Shown here: piece after piece, positions 49,056 through 61,655 of the stretch
How positions within the stretch are numbered: position 1 is the stretch's first letter
Layout of the letters: every line of letters begins with the position of its first letter
Assembly (NCBI GenBank): GCA_030264375.1
Contig: JASCQW010000190.1
Span: 51,994,078-52,058,077, forward strand
Source: Carcharhinus longimanus
Taxonomy: Eukaryota
DNA: 64,000 nt
Direction: 5' to 3'
Made by a program: the position numbers and the translations under genes
The notes under the pieces: generated by a model
What the model was told of the DNA's origin: nothing
What the model saw: only the letters and a program-made list of their open reading frames with translations
Databases searched by the model: none

Positions 49056-50085
49056 ATTTATGCGACAATCCTGGAGTTTCATTATAATCGTTAACAATGA
49101 CAAACTTTCAATTCCAGATTTATTTGTTGCTTGAATTTAAATTCATCCGGTTGCCATAGTGGGATTTGAACATGTCTCCAGAACATTAATCTTGGCACCT
49201 TGTCTAACCCATCTCTACAACGTTCTCTGGCTTACATTCCTGACCTGTGAAATTTCCCACCTTCATCCCACTACAGATAGATGTTTACTGCTGCAGTGGC
49301 CCAATACACCTGGAACTTCCATGAGGAGAGAAGAAGGATTTTAGTTTNNNNNNNNNNNNNNNNNNNNNNNNNNNNNNNNNNNNNNNNNNNNNNNNNNNNN
49401 NNNNNNNNNNNNNNNNNNNNNNNNNNNNNNNNNNNNNNNNNNNNNNNCAGTGCTCCGAAAGCTAGTGGCGTTTACTACCAAATAAACCTGTTGGACTTTA
49501 ACCTGGTGTTGTGAGACTTCTTACAACTGATATATATAGAGGGTGAGACAAGCAGCAGTTCTGAAATGCATGGCTTACGTCCTTCTTTAGCGTACTGGTT
49601 GCACATAGACAGGTGGTTTCCAGTCTAAATACAATCTATCCCAGGACAGGAAAATCACTGAACTTGAGCATTGAAAGTATGTTATTCAGAATGACAATAA
49701 TTCCCACTACAGTATTCCTTGCCTAAAAGTTGGTGGCAAGTGTTACTGGATTTAGACAGTGACAGAGCAGTACAACAAAGTTTCCCATGAGCATACACAA
49801 AAGTACAATGTAGCGCCCTGATTTCATCAAATGAAAATACAATTCATTGGGATTTCAAAATCCAACCCAAATTTTTTTACAGTATAGCTGGCCATTCAGC
49901 TGGATCATGGATGCGGTGCTACCAAGTGGAGAGACAGACTGAGAGAACCAGAGCATTAGATTATTCACCTCGTCAAAGGAATATTGAAGTAAAAGCAATT
50001 GACCTGAACCTAATGCTTGTAAATACTTGAAAATCTAGTTGGTTTTTTATGTGAATTGTCACTGGACACCAAGTTTCAGGGTTAC

Positions 50086-50435
50086 CTGGATGATGTAGAT
50101 CTCTGGGAAGCACTTGCTCCCAGCTGACGACGGCCATTCCGTCTCATTTGTCTACGCTGGTGCCCAGGTCTTTGTCCAAGAGAAAAGTGCTGCGCCACAG
50201 TTCTCAGCGCCCCTTGCAGTCTTTGAAGTTCCTCAGTTAGCAACGCTGCTTCCAGTCCACCACTGTGAGCAGTTGAAGGGGCTTCGGTTCCCGAGGGTGC
50301 CCCTGCCTCCTCGCCAATGGGCGCAGTACTCAAACCTGGTACTGTTGGCCTCAAAGCTGCATCTCGGAGAGTCAATTGTGTAGGAACAGCTTCCTCTTCT
50401 GGCTGCATATCTACATCAGTTACTTCTTCAGCCAT
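50086..50435 (-). CDS. RFWD3: RFWD3 coding exon 1 (N-terminal disordered region, MAEEVTDVDMQ...)
   Basis: Acceptor tag|GA-ATG (AG 50439-50438) and donor AG|gtaac. 350 nt, phase 2, which joins in frame to the exon at 28635. Confidence 0.85.
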
Positions 50436-51396
50436 TCCTATGACAGAGAGCAGCAGAGATCAGCCAGTGGGGGAGGTTGGCAAGGCGCAGTCAGGAGAGG
50501 AAAAAAGAGGGTTTGGGGTCTGTGAAAGGAGCTGTATGGGGTTTGGGATGGGCAACGGGAGCCAGGTTTTGGGGGGGGGAAGAGTCGCGAGCACTCAAAC
50601 CCAAACTGCTCCTCATTTTGCTTCCAGGAAGACGCAAGCTGGAGGGGACAGCTCCTTACAGAAGCCCTGCAACCGTCTCGGAATTATCCACAAGTTATTC
50701 CTCAAGCGAGCAGAGCCAAAATTACTTTGTGATTGCCTGGGAATTTCACCGGCAAATCCACTTCAATTCTGAGACGGCAAATAAAGGAGTCCAATCTATT
50801 GTCTAAAGATTCATTTCTTTCGTATAAATAAATAATGGGGTTTAATAACGTCAGTAACTCAGCAGAACCTGTAATNNNNNNNNNNNNNNNNNNNNNNNNN
50901 NNNNNNNNNNNNNNNNNNNNNNNNNNNNNNNNNNNNNNNNNNNNNNNNNNNNNNNNNNNNNNNNNNNNNNNNNNNGTGTGGGGTGTGGGAGGGGCAACGG
51001 GAGCCAGGGTGTGCGGGGGAACGGAGATTTGGGGGCGGCACAGAGTGAGTGTTTGGAGGAAGTGTGCAGAAGGAGAAAGGAGCTGGGTATAGCGGTGATG
51101 GGGTGGGGTGGGGTGGGGGGTAATTCGGTTAGGGACAGTGTTGGGGGGGGGTGAAACTTCGGGTGCTGCCTGTGCCGGCACCAGGAATGTGTTACATTCG
51201 AAGAGAGGCCTCGCCTGGCTCCTGGACCCAGGGCGAGTATCTCAGGGCCTCACCGGGGAAAGCTCTGGGATCCCGGGCGTCCAACTGGAGCCTGGGGCTC
51301 CGCAGGGCCGCACTGGTCACAACAACGATAAACGGAGCCAGGGATATTCCGGGAGAAGGCGGCTCGGCCGCAGCCCAGCCTAGGCCTCACACTCAC

Positions 51397-51475
51397 CCCC
51401 CGCCTCGGGCTCAGCTTCAACCGAAAATCCGCGCCACTCGCTAGGCCGCCCGCTGCGGCCGCCCACTCCAGCGCC
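51397..51475 (-). other. RFWD3: Probable non-coding first exon of RFWD3 (5' boundary approximate)
   Basis: Minus-strand donor G|GTGAGT (plus-strand actcac 51391-51396) inside a CpG-rich island, just downstream of CCAAT boxes and about 1 kb upstream of the ATG exon. The TSS is not directly visible. Confidence 0.6.
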
Positions 51476-51550
51476 AACCAATGGGTGCGTCAGTCCACAT
51501 GCCAATCAACCGTCAGCACCAATCAGATGCGGAGTTGGGCTGTCAATCAG
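51420..51550 (-). promoter_or_regulatory. CpG-island promoter of RFWD3 with clustered CCAAT boxes
   Basis: Strongest CpG-dense stretch in the window (about 51150-51530). CCAAT at 51478, 51502 and 51519, TCAAT at 51543, CGTCA half-sites at 51488 and 51511, and an E2F-like TGGCGCGGA on the minus strand at 51428-51436. Confidence 0.7.
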
Positions 51551-53989
51551 CATAACAGTGCCGTTTGTTCTGAGTGCTGTTGCTTGGGGCAGCTCAGAGA
51601 GTCAGTGTCTCTTCCACAGCTCTCACTACCCATCTTCCTCTCACTACCACCATGCGGACTTGGCTGTGACCCGTGTTCCTCCTTCATCCAGTCTCCAATT
51701 GGACAATTGCACATTTTAATTTGATGTTTTCAAGTTTCCTTTGTGCTTTGATTTTGTTTGGGCTGTTCCCCCTCTTTTTGGGGAGCTGCCCTTTTTACTT
51801 TGTCTTGATTTAACTTGTTTGTTTACTTGGTTTGACCTTAAAAGGAGCCAATTGGAAAATTGAACAACAACATATCGTACCTTGGAGGGGAACGACCATT
51901 GCCCTTGGTGGGACAACAGTAGTGCTCAAAGCTTGGCCTTCTTTCTGGTGTCTCTTGAGAAGTGTCACAACAGCAGGTTAAAGACCAATAGAATTATTTG
52001 GTAACAGAGTTACACCAGGGTTACCAGATAAAATTCATTGCAAGTGTTCCTTTTCAGGCACTGTTCCCATGGAATCAATCTAGAAGGATGCCAAAATAAA
52101 CATTAAGTGCTACCAAAACAAAAGGATCCTTTTCAATTAAATCAGGAATTTATTATTGCATTGACACCAATCCAACTGTCCCATGAATCAGGAGACAACT
52201 TTTTAAACATCAAACTTAATATAAAATCATAAATTGTTATTATTTTCAAATACAAACCAATTGTGGCGATCAACAAACAAATGTAAATTTACTGAATAAT
52301 CATCCACAAAATAAATTACTCAACAAGATTTTACTTTTTATAACTGACTTCAACAAAACAAAAATTAGCGTAAATTAAACCTGAATTAACCGGCAAATCA
52401 TGTTCAATATAGGTTATAAATTGCACTTTTAACAGCAGGTGCAACAAAGTCAGATCTCACAGACTTACTAAGCAATGAACCCCAGCATACATGTCACCTG
52501 TTCCAAGAACAAACTCCTTCAAAGCCCAGGTAGAATTTCAGCCCCTTCAAGGATTTAGCCACCAAATTCTCATCTAATAGCACTCCCTTTCAACCCAAGT
52601 TCCGTAGACACGGCCTTCAACAAACAGTGCATTTTTCCAGAATCAGCAGCACCAATTTTGTATTTGTCTATTCTCTGCTCCTGGATTCAGCCTTCATGTT
52701 CTTCTTTTTCATTTATGGCCAATTACAGTGAGTCAGTTACTTCAAGTAACAGAAACACCAGCAGCTAACTTGTGTTTGCCTATTCTCTGCTTCTCGGTCC
52801 AGACTTCACATTCTTCTTTTTCACCTGTGTCTCACACCTTGTTCATTTCCACATAAACCTTGATCACATAGGGCCCAGTTCCACTGCAACTTCTGGGTCA
52901 CGTAGATGGACCTGTATTTCACTCTTTCAGAAACTGGGCCAATGAACTTGCTTTCAACTGTGCTCGCATCTCAAAACAGTGGAATTTCTAGCTCTCTGCC
53001 CAGAATTGCCCCCACCCCACCATGTTGAAGAAAACCCCACCCACACTGTGAATGAACAAAATGCTCTCACTCCACCTCTGCAACCAAAGAACGGGAAACA
53101 GGCCCTTCAGCCCAACGAGCCCAAGCCGCCGTATCTTCCTACACCTACCCTGCCCTGTGTGTATGTGAGTGGAACCCCTAATGTAGCCAGATTCAGGGGA
53201 GAATAGTGTNNNNNNNNNNNNNNNNNNNNNNNNNNNNNNNNNNNNNNNNNNNNNNNNNNNNNNNNNNNNNNNNNNNNNNNNNNNNNNNNNNNNNNNNNNN
53301 NNNNNNNNNAATAAGACAAAACATTAACATGTAATACTACATTTCCGGTGTCGTCCCGAGTCTCTGACCCTATTTAATACCCTCTACTATAACCCTCCAT
53401 CCTTGATTCGCTCATGTGTCTATCTAAGTAAACCTTAAACAATTCCAACGTGCCTGCCTCCACCACCCTACTCGGTAGCGCATTCCATACCCCCACGACC
53501 CTCTGCGTGAAAAATGTTGGTATCCATTGTGACACACTGCCACCCACTCTATCATTGTGGTCTCCGTCATAAAATATAGATTGGCTGTTGATTTATAAAG
53601 CTCCTTACTGGCTTATTTAGTCTCAAATAACTCATATGAAGCTATGCCCAATAACACAGTTTACCTGTCCTTATAAAAACTTACCCAGAGTGTAATGCTC
53701 AAAGATCCATGAACCCCACTCCTGCTTCCAATCCAAATTCAAGTTCACTGAAATTCCCATAAGGCAGGAAATCAAATTCCATGCTTTTGTATTTGTCAGT
53801 TCTGCAGTTTGTGTCATCAGAGAATGAATTCTGTACGTTGAATATCCAAATTAACATTTTATCGTTCCTCTTATCCAGTAAGCTCATTTTTACGTTCAGA
53901 TGTTCATGGATCCAGATTTAATAGTAGATTTTACAATGTAAGCACAGAAAACCAGGGTACAAATCATTCTCTTATTATGGAAGCTGATG

Positions 53990-55195
53990 TGAATTAATCA
54001 AGATGGTGATGTTTTGCTGCAATTGTATACAATGTTGGTGAGGCCACGTCTGGAGTATTGTGTGTAGTTTTGATGCCCTTATCTGAGGAAGGATGTCCTT
54101 GCCACATATAGGGGGCGTACAGCAAAGATTTACTAGGCTGATCCCTGGGATGGCAGGTCTGTCATATGAGGAGTGACTAAGTTGGGTAGGACTCTATTCC
54201 CTGGAGTTTAGAAGAGTGACAGGAGATCTCATAGAAACTTACAAAATTCTAACAGGGTTGTATAGGGTAGATTAAGAAATAATGTTCCCAATGGTGATGG
54301 AATCCAGAACTGGGGGTCATTGTTTAAGGATAAGGGGAATTTTTAGCGCTGAGGTGAGGAGAAATGTGGACTTCATTACCACAGAATGTAATTGAGGCAT
54401 AAACGTTGTCTGATTTTGAGAAGAAATTAGATATAGCTCTAGGGGCTAAAGGGATCAAGAGATATGTTGGGGGGAAGGGCGAAATCAGGATATTGAATTC
54501 GTTGATCAGCTATGATCAAAATGAATAGCAGAGCAGGCTCGAAGGGCCAAATGGTCTACTCCTGCTTCTAGTTTCAATGTTTCTCAAGCTGTTCTCAAGA
54601 CTTTTCATTTAACCTTGCTTAATTAAGATGTTGCCTGAAGTACGTGAGTTTATTGGTATGTGAAATTAGAATAGAAGTTAGTTTAGTGAACAACAGTTTG
54701 CAATGAATAAAAACAGGTGAACTGAATGGCTATTATGAACAACTTGTTAACAGATCTCATGAACAGTCTAGACATAAACAACTGACAATGGATTAGGTAT
54801 AAATAATGAAACTTCTGGGGGGTAGTTTGGCCAGAGCTGGAATGTCACTAGGAGGGTGAAACTAGTCAGGAGAGCAGCTTGAGATGCAATGAAGAAAAAC
54901 ATAGGTGAGAGTGATTGAGGGGTAAACTTTTTAGAACTGAGATGAGGAGAAATCATTTCACCCAGAGGGTGGTGAATGTGTGGAATTCACAACCATAATG
55001 TAATTGAGTCAAAAATGTCGCCTGATTTCAAGAAGAAACTAGATATATCATTTGGGATTAAAGGGATCAAGGGATGTTGGGGGGTGATGCGAAGAAGGGA
55101 TCAGGATATTGAATTCAATGATCAGCCATGATCAAAATGAACAGTGGAGCAGGCTCGAAGGCTGAATGACCTACTCCTGCTTCCAGTTTCTATGG
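53990..55195 (+). mobile_element. Two CR1 3' fragments (about 53990-54585 and 54915-55195)
   Basis: LYTMLVRPRLEYCV motif and the CR1 3' UTR GCAGGCTCGAAGG...CTACTCCTGCTTC. Confidence 0.8.
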
Positions 55196-55264
55196 GAAAG
55201 TGTTAAATATAACAAAATGTTTAGTTGTAAATGGAGATCTAATAACAGTGTCATAATGCAGACA

Positions 55265-55830
55265 AAGAATCATAGAACCCTACAGTGCTGAAAGAGGCCC
55301 TTTGGCCCATTGAGTCTGCATCGACCACAATCCCACCCAGGCCCTACGCCCATATCCTTTACCCACTAATCTCTCTAACCTACGCATCTCAGGACACTAA
55401 GGGGCAATTTTAGCATGGCCAATCAACCTAACCCGCACATCTTTGGACTNNNNNNNNNNNNNNNNNNNNNNNNNNNNNNNNNNNNNNNNNNNNNNNNNNN
55501 NNNNNNNNNNNNNNNNNNNNNNNNNNNNNNNNNNNNNNNNNNNNNNNNNTCTTATTATTAAGTAGGCTTATGTTAACACTGCAATGAAGTTACTGTGAAA
55601 ATCCCCTAGTTGCCACACTCCAGCATCTGTTCGGGCACATTGAGGGAAAATGTAGCACAGCCAATTCACCTAAGCAGCACACCCTTTGGACTGTGGAAGG
55701 AAACTGAAGCACCTGGAGGAAACCCATGCAGACACGGGGAGAACGTGCATACTCCGCACAGACAGTAACAAATTGAACCCATGTACCTGGTGCTATGAGG
55801 CATGCTGACCAGTGTGCCTCTGTGGCTCCC
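55265..55830 (-). mobile_element. Two V-SINEs (type A at 55265-55449, type B at 55551-55830) separated by a gap
   Basis: Reverse-complement matches to the two SINE types. Confidence 0.75.
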
Positions 55831-56284
55831 AGCAACTCAATCCATGCATCCTGTTCCTTATTCTGTTGAAGAATAGCATACATGTGCTGACCCTAAACTC
55901 TGGAATTCCCTCCCTATGTCTCTCCACATTTCTACATCTCTCTGTTCCTTTAGAAACCTCCTTGAAACTTATCTCGCTGACCAAGCTTTTGATGACCTTT
56001 CCTGATACTTCCTCGTGTGGCTCAGTGTCAAATGAAATTTGATAAAGCTCCAGCGAGGTGGATGTTACAACATTAAAGGTGCTATATAAATGAAGGTTTT
56101 TGTTGGTAAAGGCTCTGAGGTTGTGCTGGCGTTGTCACTAGTGCTTCGTCCTCTCATGGACCACACTTGGCCTGAATTGAAGAAGTAAATAATCTCAAAA
56201 GTGGTATTAAAGACATTGGCCTGAATTCTCCAGCCATTCACACCTCACTGCCACTGTCAACGAGGACAGAGAATTTGACACTTC

Positions 56285-56552
56285 AGTGATTAGCACTGCT
56301 GCCTCACAGCACCAGGGGCCCAGGTTCGATTCCTGGCTTGGGTCACTGTCTGTGCAGAGTCTGCATATACTCCCCATGTCTGCGCGGGTTTCCTCCCACT
56401 GTCTGAAGGACGTGCTGGTTGGGTGCATTGGCCATGCTAAATTCTCCTTCACTGTACCCAAACAGGGGCCAAAGCATGGTGACTAGGGGATTTTCACAGC
56501 AACTTCATTGCAGTGTTAATGTACACCTACTTGTGACACGAAGAAATGAACT
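56285..56552 (+). mobile_element. V-SINE type B nested in a MITE-like element (about 56217-56641)
   Basis: SINE head, V domain and tail, flanked by GGCCTGAATTCTCC ... GAGAATCCCGCCC terminal motifs. Confidence 0.75.
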
Positions 56553-57244
56553 TTAAGCTTCATCTCCGTTCATTGCAGCGGGACCAGAGAATCCCGCTGC
56601 ATACGTACAGTGGTGCAAATGTACTCTAGAGAATCCCGCCCATTATATAACCCCTTTCCCCATCCACTTTCCCAGGCAATCCACAGGCTGATTGGCTGTT
56701 AGTAAAGTCACTTGAGTATTTATCTGGCTTGAGAACAATTGTGGCAAGGGCTGATTTTATAGCAAGTTGCAAAGTGACCCAACATAAGCAATTTATTGAA
56801 GACGTCAGCAGTCACACTCATTATTTCTGCAGGCTCCTTGCTGCGTGTGCTTTCAGAAATGCCTTGAAGCTGCAGTCCGAATGAATCATTCCTCCAACAT
56901 CCAACTCAGCATTCAAGATTTACATTCAGCAAGCATTATTTTTGCTGCAGTTATCCAGGTGTGAGCTGAGATGGTGAATGTTGCTGGGATCTTTGTTTGT
57001 AGGGAGCGCACATCTAAATCTTCATTCACGTGTTCTTTAAGCCAAAGTCACTGGAGAAGAAACAGAAACAGGAGAACTTTCTGGTTTTCCACACCTTAAT
57101 TTACAATATCCTGCCTGAAGCAATCAACATCAATTCGTGAAGCACCTGAAACAGCAAAAGCAGAAAATGCTGGAAACACACTGTATCAATAGAAATAAAA
57201 TATGAGTTAATGTTCCCAGTGTAGAACCTACACCTATGCTACAT

Positions 57245-57595
57245 GGGTAGTACAGAGGCTAGCGCTGCTGCCTCACAGCTCCAGGAACCCAGGTTCAATT
57301 CCAGTCTTGGATAACTGTCTGTGTGGAGTTTGCACATTCCCATTGTGTTTCCATGGGTTTCCTCCAGGTGCTCTGGTTTGTTCCCACTGTCCAAAGATAT
57401 GGGTGTTGGGTGGACTGGCCATGCTAAATTGCCCTTTTGTGTCCCAATATGTGTAGGTTAGGTGGATTAGCCATAGTAAATGTGTGGAGTTACAGAGATA
57501 GGGTGGGGAGGGCCTGGGTAAGATACTCTGTCAGAGACTTGGCACAAACTCAATGTGCCAAATGGCATCTTCTGCACTGCGGTGATTCTATGATG
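57245..57595 (+). mobile_element. V-SINE type A
   Basis: Head, V domain and CR1-like tail. Confidence 0.8.
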
Positions 57596-57979
57596 CTCTC
57601 TCAGAATTCTGGCAGCTATGGGTCTTTTTGGTGTTATTTAATAATGTGAGACAATGGTGTCCTTGCTACAACCAACTCTGGCTGCAGCCTGTGGTATGTC
57701 ACCTTAGGAAGAATGGTATAGTTACAGCATTCAAATCAATGCTTTTTTTTAAATGTATTTTCACCACAAGATGGAGTGAAATAAAGTATTCTTTGGAGGA
57801 GGCTAGCTTCCTCCCTTTTAGAAGTTCAGGTGCAATGTCCATCTGATTTAGTGGAACAGCAACTGCATGATCGAATCCAATTTTCATTATTCGCTACAAT
57901 GCGACAAATTCTGCACTTGTAAAGTACGCCAACCAAATTCAACAGGCTTTCAACAAAGATTTCTGCAAAATTTATTTAA

Positions 57980-58185
57980 GATGTGGAGATGCCGGCATTG
58001 GACTGCCCAACAGCTTTAAAGCCCAACAAGTTTATTTGGAATCACTAGTTTTTAGAGCGCTGCCCCTTCATCAGGTGAGGGACTCACTCAGCTGACTGCA
58101 TTCACCTGATGAAGGAGAGGCGCTCCGAAAGCTCGTGATTCCAAATAAACCCACCAGACAACAACCTGGTGTTGTGAAATTTACT
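57980..58185. mobile_element. Penelope-like inverted pseudo-LTR pair
   Basis: Arms 58030-58078 and 58102-58150 are reverse complements, homologous to 985-1075. Confidence 0.75.
58102..58138 (+). ncRNA. Candidate minimal type I hammerhead ribozyme (Penelope-associated)
   Basis: TCAC-CTGATGA-A-GGAG(aggcg)CTCC-GAA-AGCT-C-GTGA gives stem I TCAC/GTGA, core CUGAUGA, stem II, GAAA, palindromic AGCT and an NUH of CUC. Confidence 0.6.
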
Positions 58186-58289
58186 TAAGAGGCAGGACAG
58201 CATGAATTGAACACATTTTTTTCCTAAAGTCTGCGGGCATCTTAGTTACAGTGTGTTTTGCTTCTCAATCCATATCGTATGAGGGCATC

Positions 58290-58900
58290 ATTCATGTTGG
58301 TTTCAAGTTTAGGTCACAGCAGAGCCTGAGCAGGAGGCATCATGGTTATTTTGCACTTGGAGAAAAGTCACTGTTCTGACAAGGACTTGCCCTGTCATGA
58401 TGGATTTCACGGGCTGAGGTGTACAGCATAGTCATCTGTTTGATTCCCTGCACGTTTTCCGAGAAGATGCTTAGCTGAGGGAACTGCCAGTCCTGCCAGA
58501 CCGTTTGATTGTGGATATAGGGTGTTGCGCATGGTGTGCTCTAAGTCCCATGTGCTTGCAATATTTCAAAATTCAGTGGTGACAAGCATTGTCTGTCATG
58601 AGTCTTTGTGGGATTCAGGGTGTGGCAAAGCGTCTCTTAACCTTGAGGATTACTGATTTACTCATCATGTTTGGCAGCTAGTTGAGTTCAACCCACCCGG
58701 AACATGAATCAGCTAAGACTAAGTGTTGTTTGCTGTTCCAGTTAAAGTTGTCAGCTGCTGTGAATGACCACAGGAGGTCTGGGGCCATGTGCAAATGCAG
58801 CAGCTCTTTTGCCTGATGCGGCTTGAGTGACCACACAGCGAGTATCTGGAGATTTCCTTTTCCACATCTGTGTACATGGAGGGCCAGTACAGTGATTGTA
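58290..58900 (-). mobile_element. Gypsy integrase remnant
   Basis: Minus translation fragments LYWPSMYTDVEK, TDNA and YPQSNGLA. Confidence 0.7.
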
Positions 58901-59509
58901 TGTTGACATCAAGTCTTTGTTAACAACTCATAGCTATGCACATAATTACAGTAGAAGGCATAGATATGGAGCTGATCCCATTCTAGGTCTTAGCCCAACT
59001 GTGTTCACTTCCAGACTGAACCTGGCTCTGGGGCATGTGTCTTCTTACATCACTGTGTGAACGAAACTGTACTTAGCCCCACAATGACCCTTTATGTACT
59101 TAACCTTTCTACTCCACTCTCCTCCTGTAAGGTCCTTAAAAACTACTTATTTAACCAAGCTTTAGGTCATTTGTCCTAATACATTCTTAAGTAGTTTGGT
59201 GCCAAAATTCCTTTGACAATTCTCTAGTGGAACTTGGGAATGTTTACTATGTTAAAGATGCTATAAAAATATTGTTCTAATAATTCAAGCTCTGATTTGC
59301 CACTAATTCCATAAGGATTCAGTTGCTATTGCTTTGTTTCTGATTTGTGGCTTGCCCCCTGATTGGGGATAATAAGCTCAAAATCTGGACCCTCTACCAT
59401 AACTATGTAGTTAGTTCAGTATTGTTATTAAATACTTCTTGGTAACTTCTACAAGACAGCTGAATGATTTCTAATCAATAAGCACCATGGGTTTTGACAA
59501 TCCAACAAA

Positions 59510-60655
59510 ACACTGATCTCATTATAGCCTTGGTCAAAACATGTACAATGAGCTGAACTCAAGAGATGAGGGGAGAGTGACTACCCTTGATATCAAGGCA
59601 GCATTTTACTGAGAGTGGCATCAAGTTGCCCTTGCAAAACTGGAATGAATGGGAATCAAGGGAACGTTCTCCATTGGTTACTCATACCTGGACAAAGAAA
59701 GATGAGTGTGGTGTTTGGAGGTCAATCAGTCTCTGTTCCAAAGGAACCACAACTGGAGTCCCTCAGGGTAGTGTCCTCGGCCCAATTAACCTCAGCTGCT
59801 TCATCAATGACCTTCCTTCCATCATAAAGTCAGATGTGAGCATGTGCACTGATGATTGCACAATTTCCAGCCCCATTCGTGACTCTTCAGATCCCAAAAC
59901 AGCAACATACAAGCCTGGTCAGAAAATTGGCAAGTAATATTCGCACCACTCAAGTGGCAGGCAATGACCATCTCCAACAAGACAGGGCCCAATCATCTCC
60001 TCAGGACATTCAATGGCATTCCCTTCACTGAAATACCATCTGTCAATGGGGGTTACCATTGACGGGAAATTGAACAGGGCCAGACATATAAATACTGCGG
60101 ATACAAGAGTAGATCAGAGGTGAAATTCTGCCAAGAATGTCTCACCTCCTGACTCTGCAAAGCTTCTCCGCCATCTAGAAGGCTTAAGTCAAGCACGTGA
60201 TGGAATACTGTCCACTTGTCCAAATGAGTGCTGTTCCATCAATACTCAGCAAGCTTGACACCATCAAGCAGCTGCTTGATTGGCATCCCATCCACCACCT
60301 TAAACATTCAGTTCCTCAACCAACAGTACTCAGTGGCAGCAACTCACCAAGGATCCTTCAACAGAACTTTCCAATCCCGCAGTCTTCACCACCTCAAAAG
60401 ACAAAGGCAACAGAAACATGGGAACGCCATGTTGCCCTCCAAGTCACGCACCATCCTGACATGGAACTGTATCACCATTTCTTCAATGTCACTGTGTCAG
60501 ATTCCTGGAACTCCCTCCCTATCAGCACTGTGGCTGATCCTATTCTGCATCAACTGCAACAATTCAAAAAAGCAGCTCACCACCACCTCCTCAAGGGCCA
60601 TTAGGGATGGAAGAGAAATACTGGACAAGTCAATGATGTCTGTGCCTCAAGAAAG
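59510..60655 (+). mobile_element. CR1/L2-clade LINE 3' portion
   Basis: GVPQGSVLGP..SCFINDLPSII..DDCT, MEYCPL, and a 3' end ...CACCACCTCCTCAAGGGCCATTAGGGATGG. Confidence 0.8.
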
Positions 60656-61530
60656 AATTTTTGAAAGTACCTGTATTTTTTGTACACAAGAAAGAAATAA
60701 ATTCACAGATATATTCAGAGAAAACCATAAATATTAATCTGAAATTATTTCTAAAACCCAGCCAAACCTTCACAAACCATGCCAGAAACATGGCCTTTCA
60801 TGTTCTCATATCCAAATCTTCTAAAATGGGTGGCAGAGAAATCTCTGATTCTACTGCAGTCAGTCCTGCAAACTAAAAACTATGCACAGATGGTGCCACA
60901 TAAATCCCCACTTGTAAAATCCACATCCACTGACAAGGAACAGAAACCTCCGAATTTCATCACTGACACACAACTTCTCAAAAATAGAACTTGGCCTCAT
61001 ACACAAACTGCAAGCTCAAGACCTGGAATCAGAACAATCATCACCATACATGCTCTTGGAATCACTCTGTTTTATTTAAATTAATAATGGGTGAAAATAT
61101 GACCATAAAAACTAATTACTTTTGAATAAAGCAATAAATGTGTTTTGACAAATGGTACTTTATGTAAATTGAAGTATTATTATTTATTGCAACTTGAACA
61201 CTCCAAAGAGCAAACTTAAATTAACACTTCTGCTTTATTTACAGACACAGACAGATCTGTGAATGGCATCAAAAATGGTACTGTTCCACTGGTAACATAA
61301 TTCTGTACAGGTCATCATCTGGAAGCAATGAGTGACTCATTGATGGTTGTGAGAGCGTGATCCCTTGAAGAGCGATTCTTTACAGGCCATGTGATCAGGC
61401 CGGGCCCTACAGAGTGGCCATGTGGAAAGCTGGGCCAAGTGGAGCGAGGGGGTGTACCCTAGGATGTTTCACTTGGAGCCAAGGAAGTGAAGACAGTAAA
61501 CCTGTGCATAAGTTTTGTCAGACTGTTTGG

Positions 61531-61655
61531 GGGACAATTTTCCTGTCCCTCCCACCACGGGGATCGTAATGGGCGGGGGGCGGACCATGCAAAGGTCTGT
61601 TGACTTCAGGTGGGATTTTCTGGTTTTGGGGGAGCATGACCAGAAAACCCCACCC
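61531..61655. mobile_element. Second copy of the about 125-bp MITE-like element
   Basis: Shares ATGCAAAGGTCTGTTGAC and GGATTTTCTGG with 25263-25389. Confidence 0.65.

Noticed and set aside
50114-51724. Several plus-strand ORFs of 80-150 aa around the promoter
   Set aside because: They are antisense shadows of the RFWD3 exon or by-products of GC-rich sequence, with no recognisable domain or splice structure.
61240-61500. Possible exon of a neighbouring gene
   Set aside because: I could not find a convincing reading frame, splice pair or recognisable protein motif.
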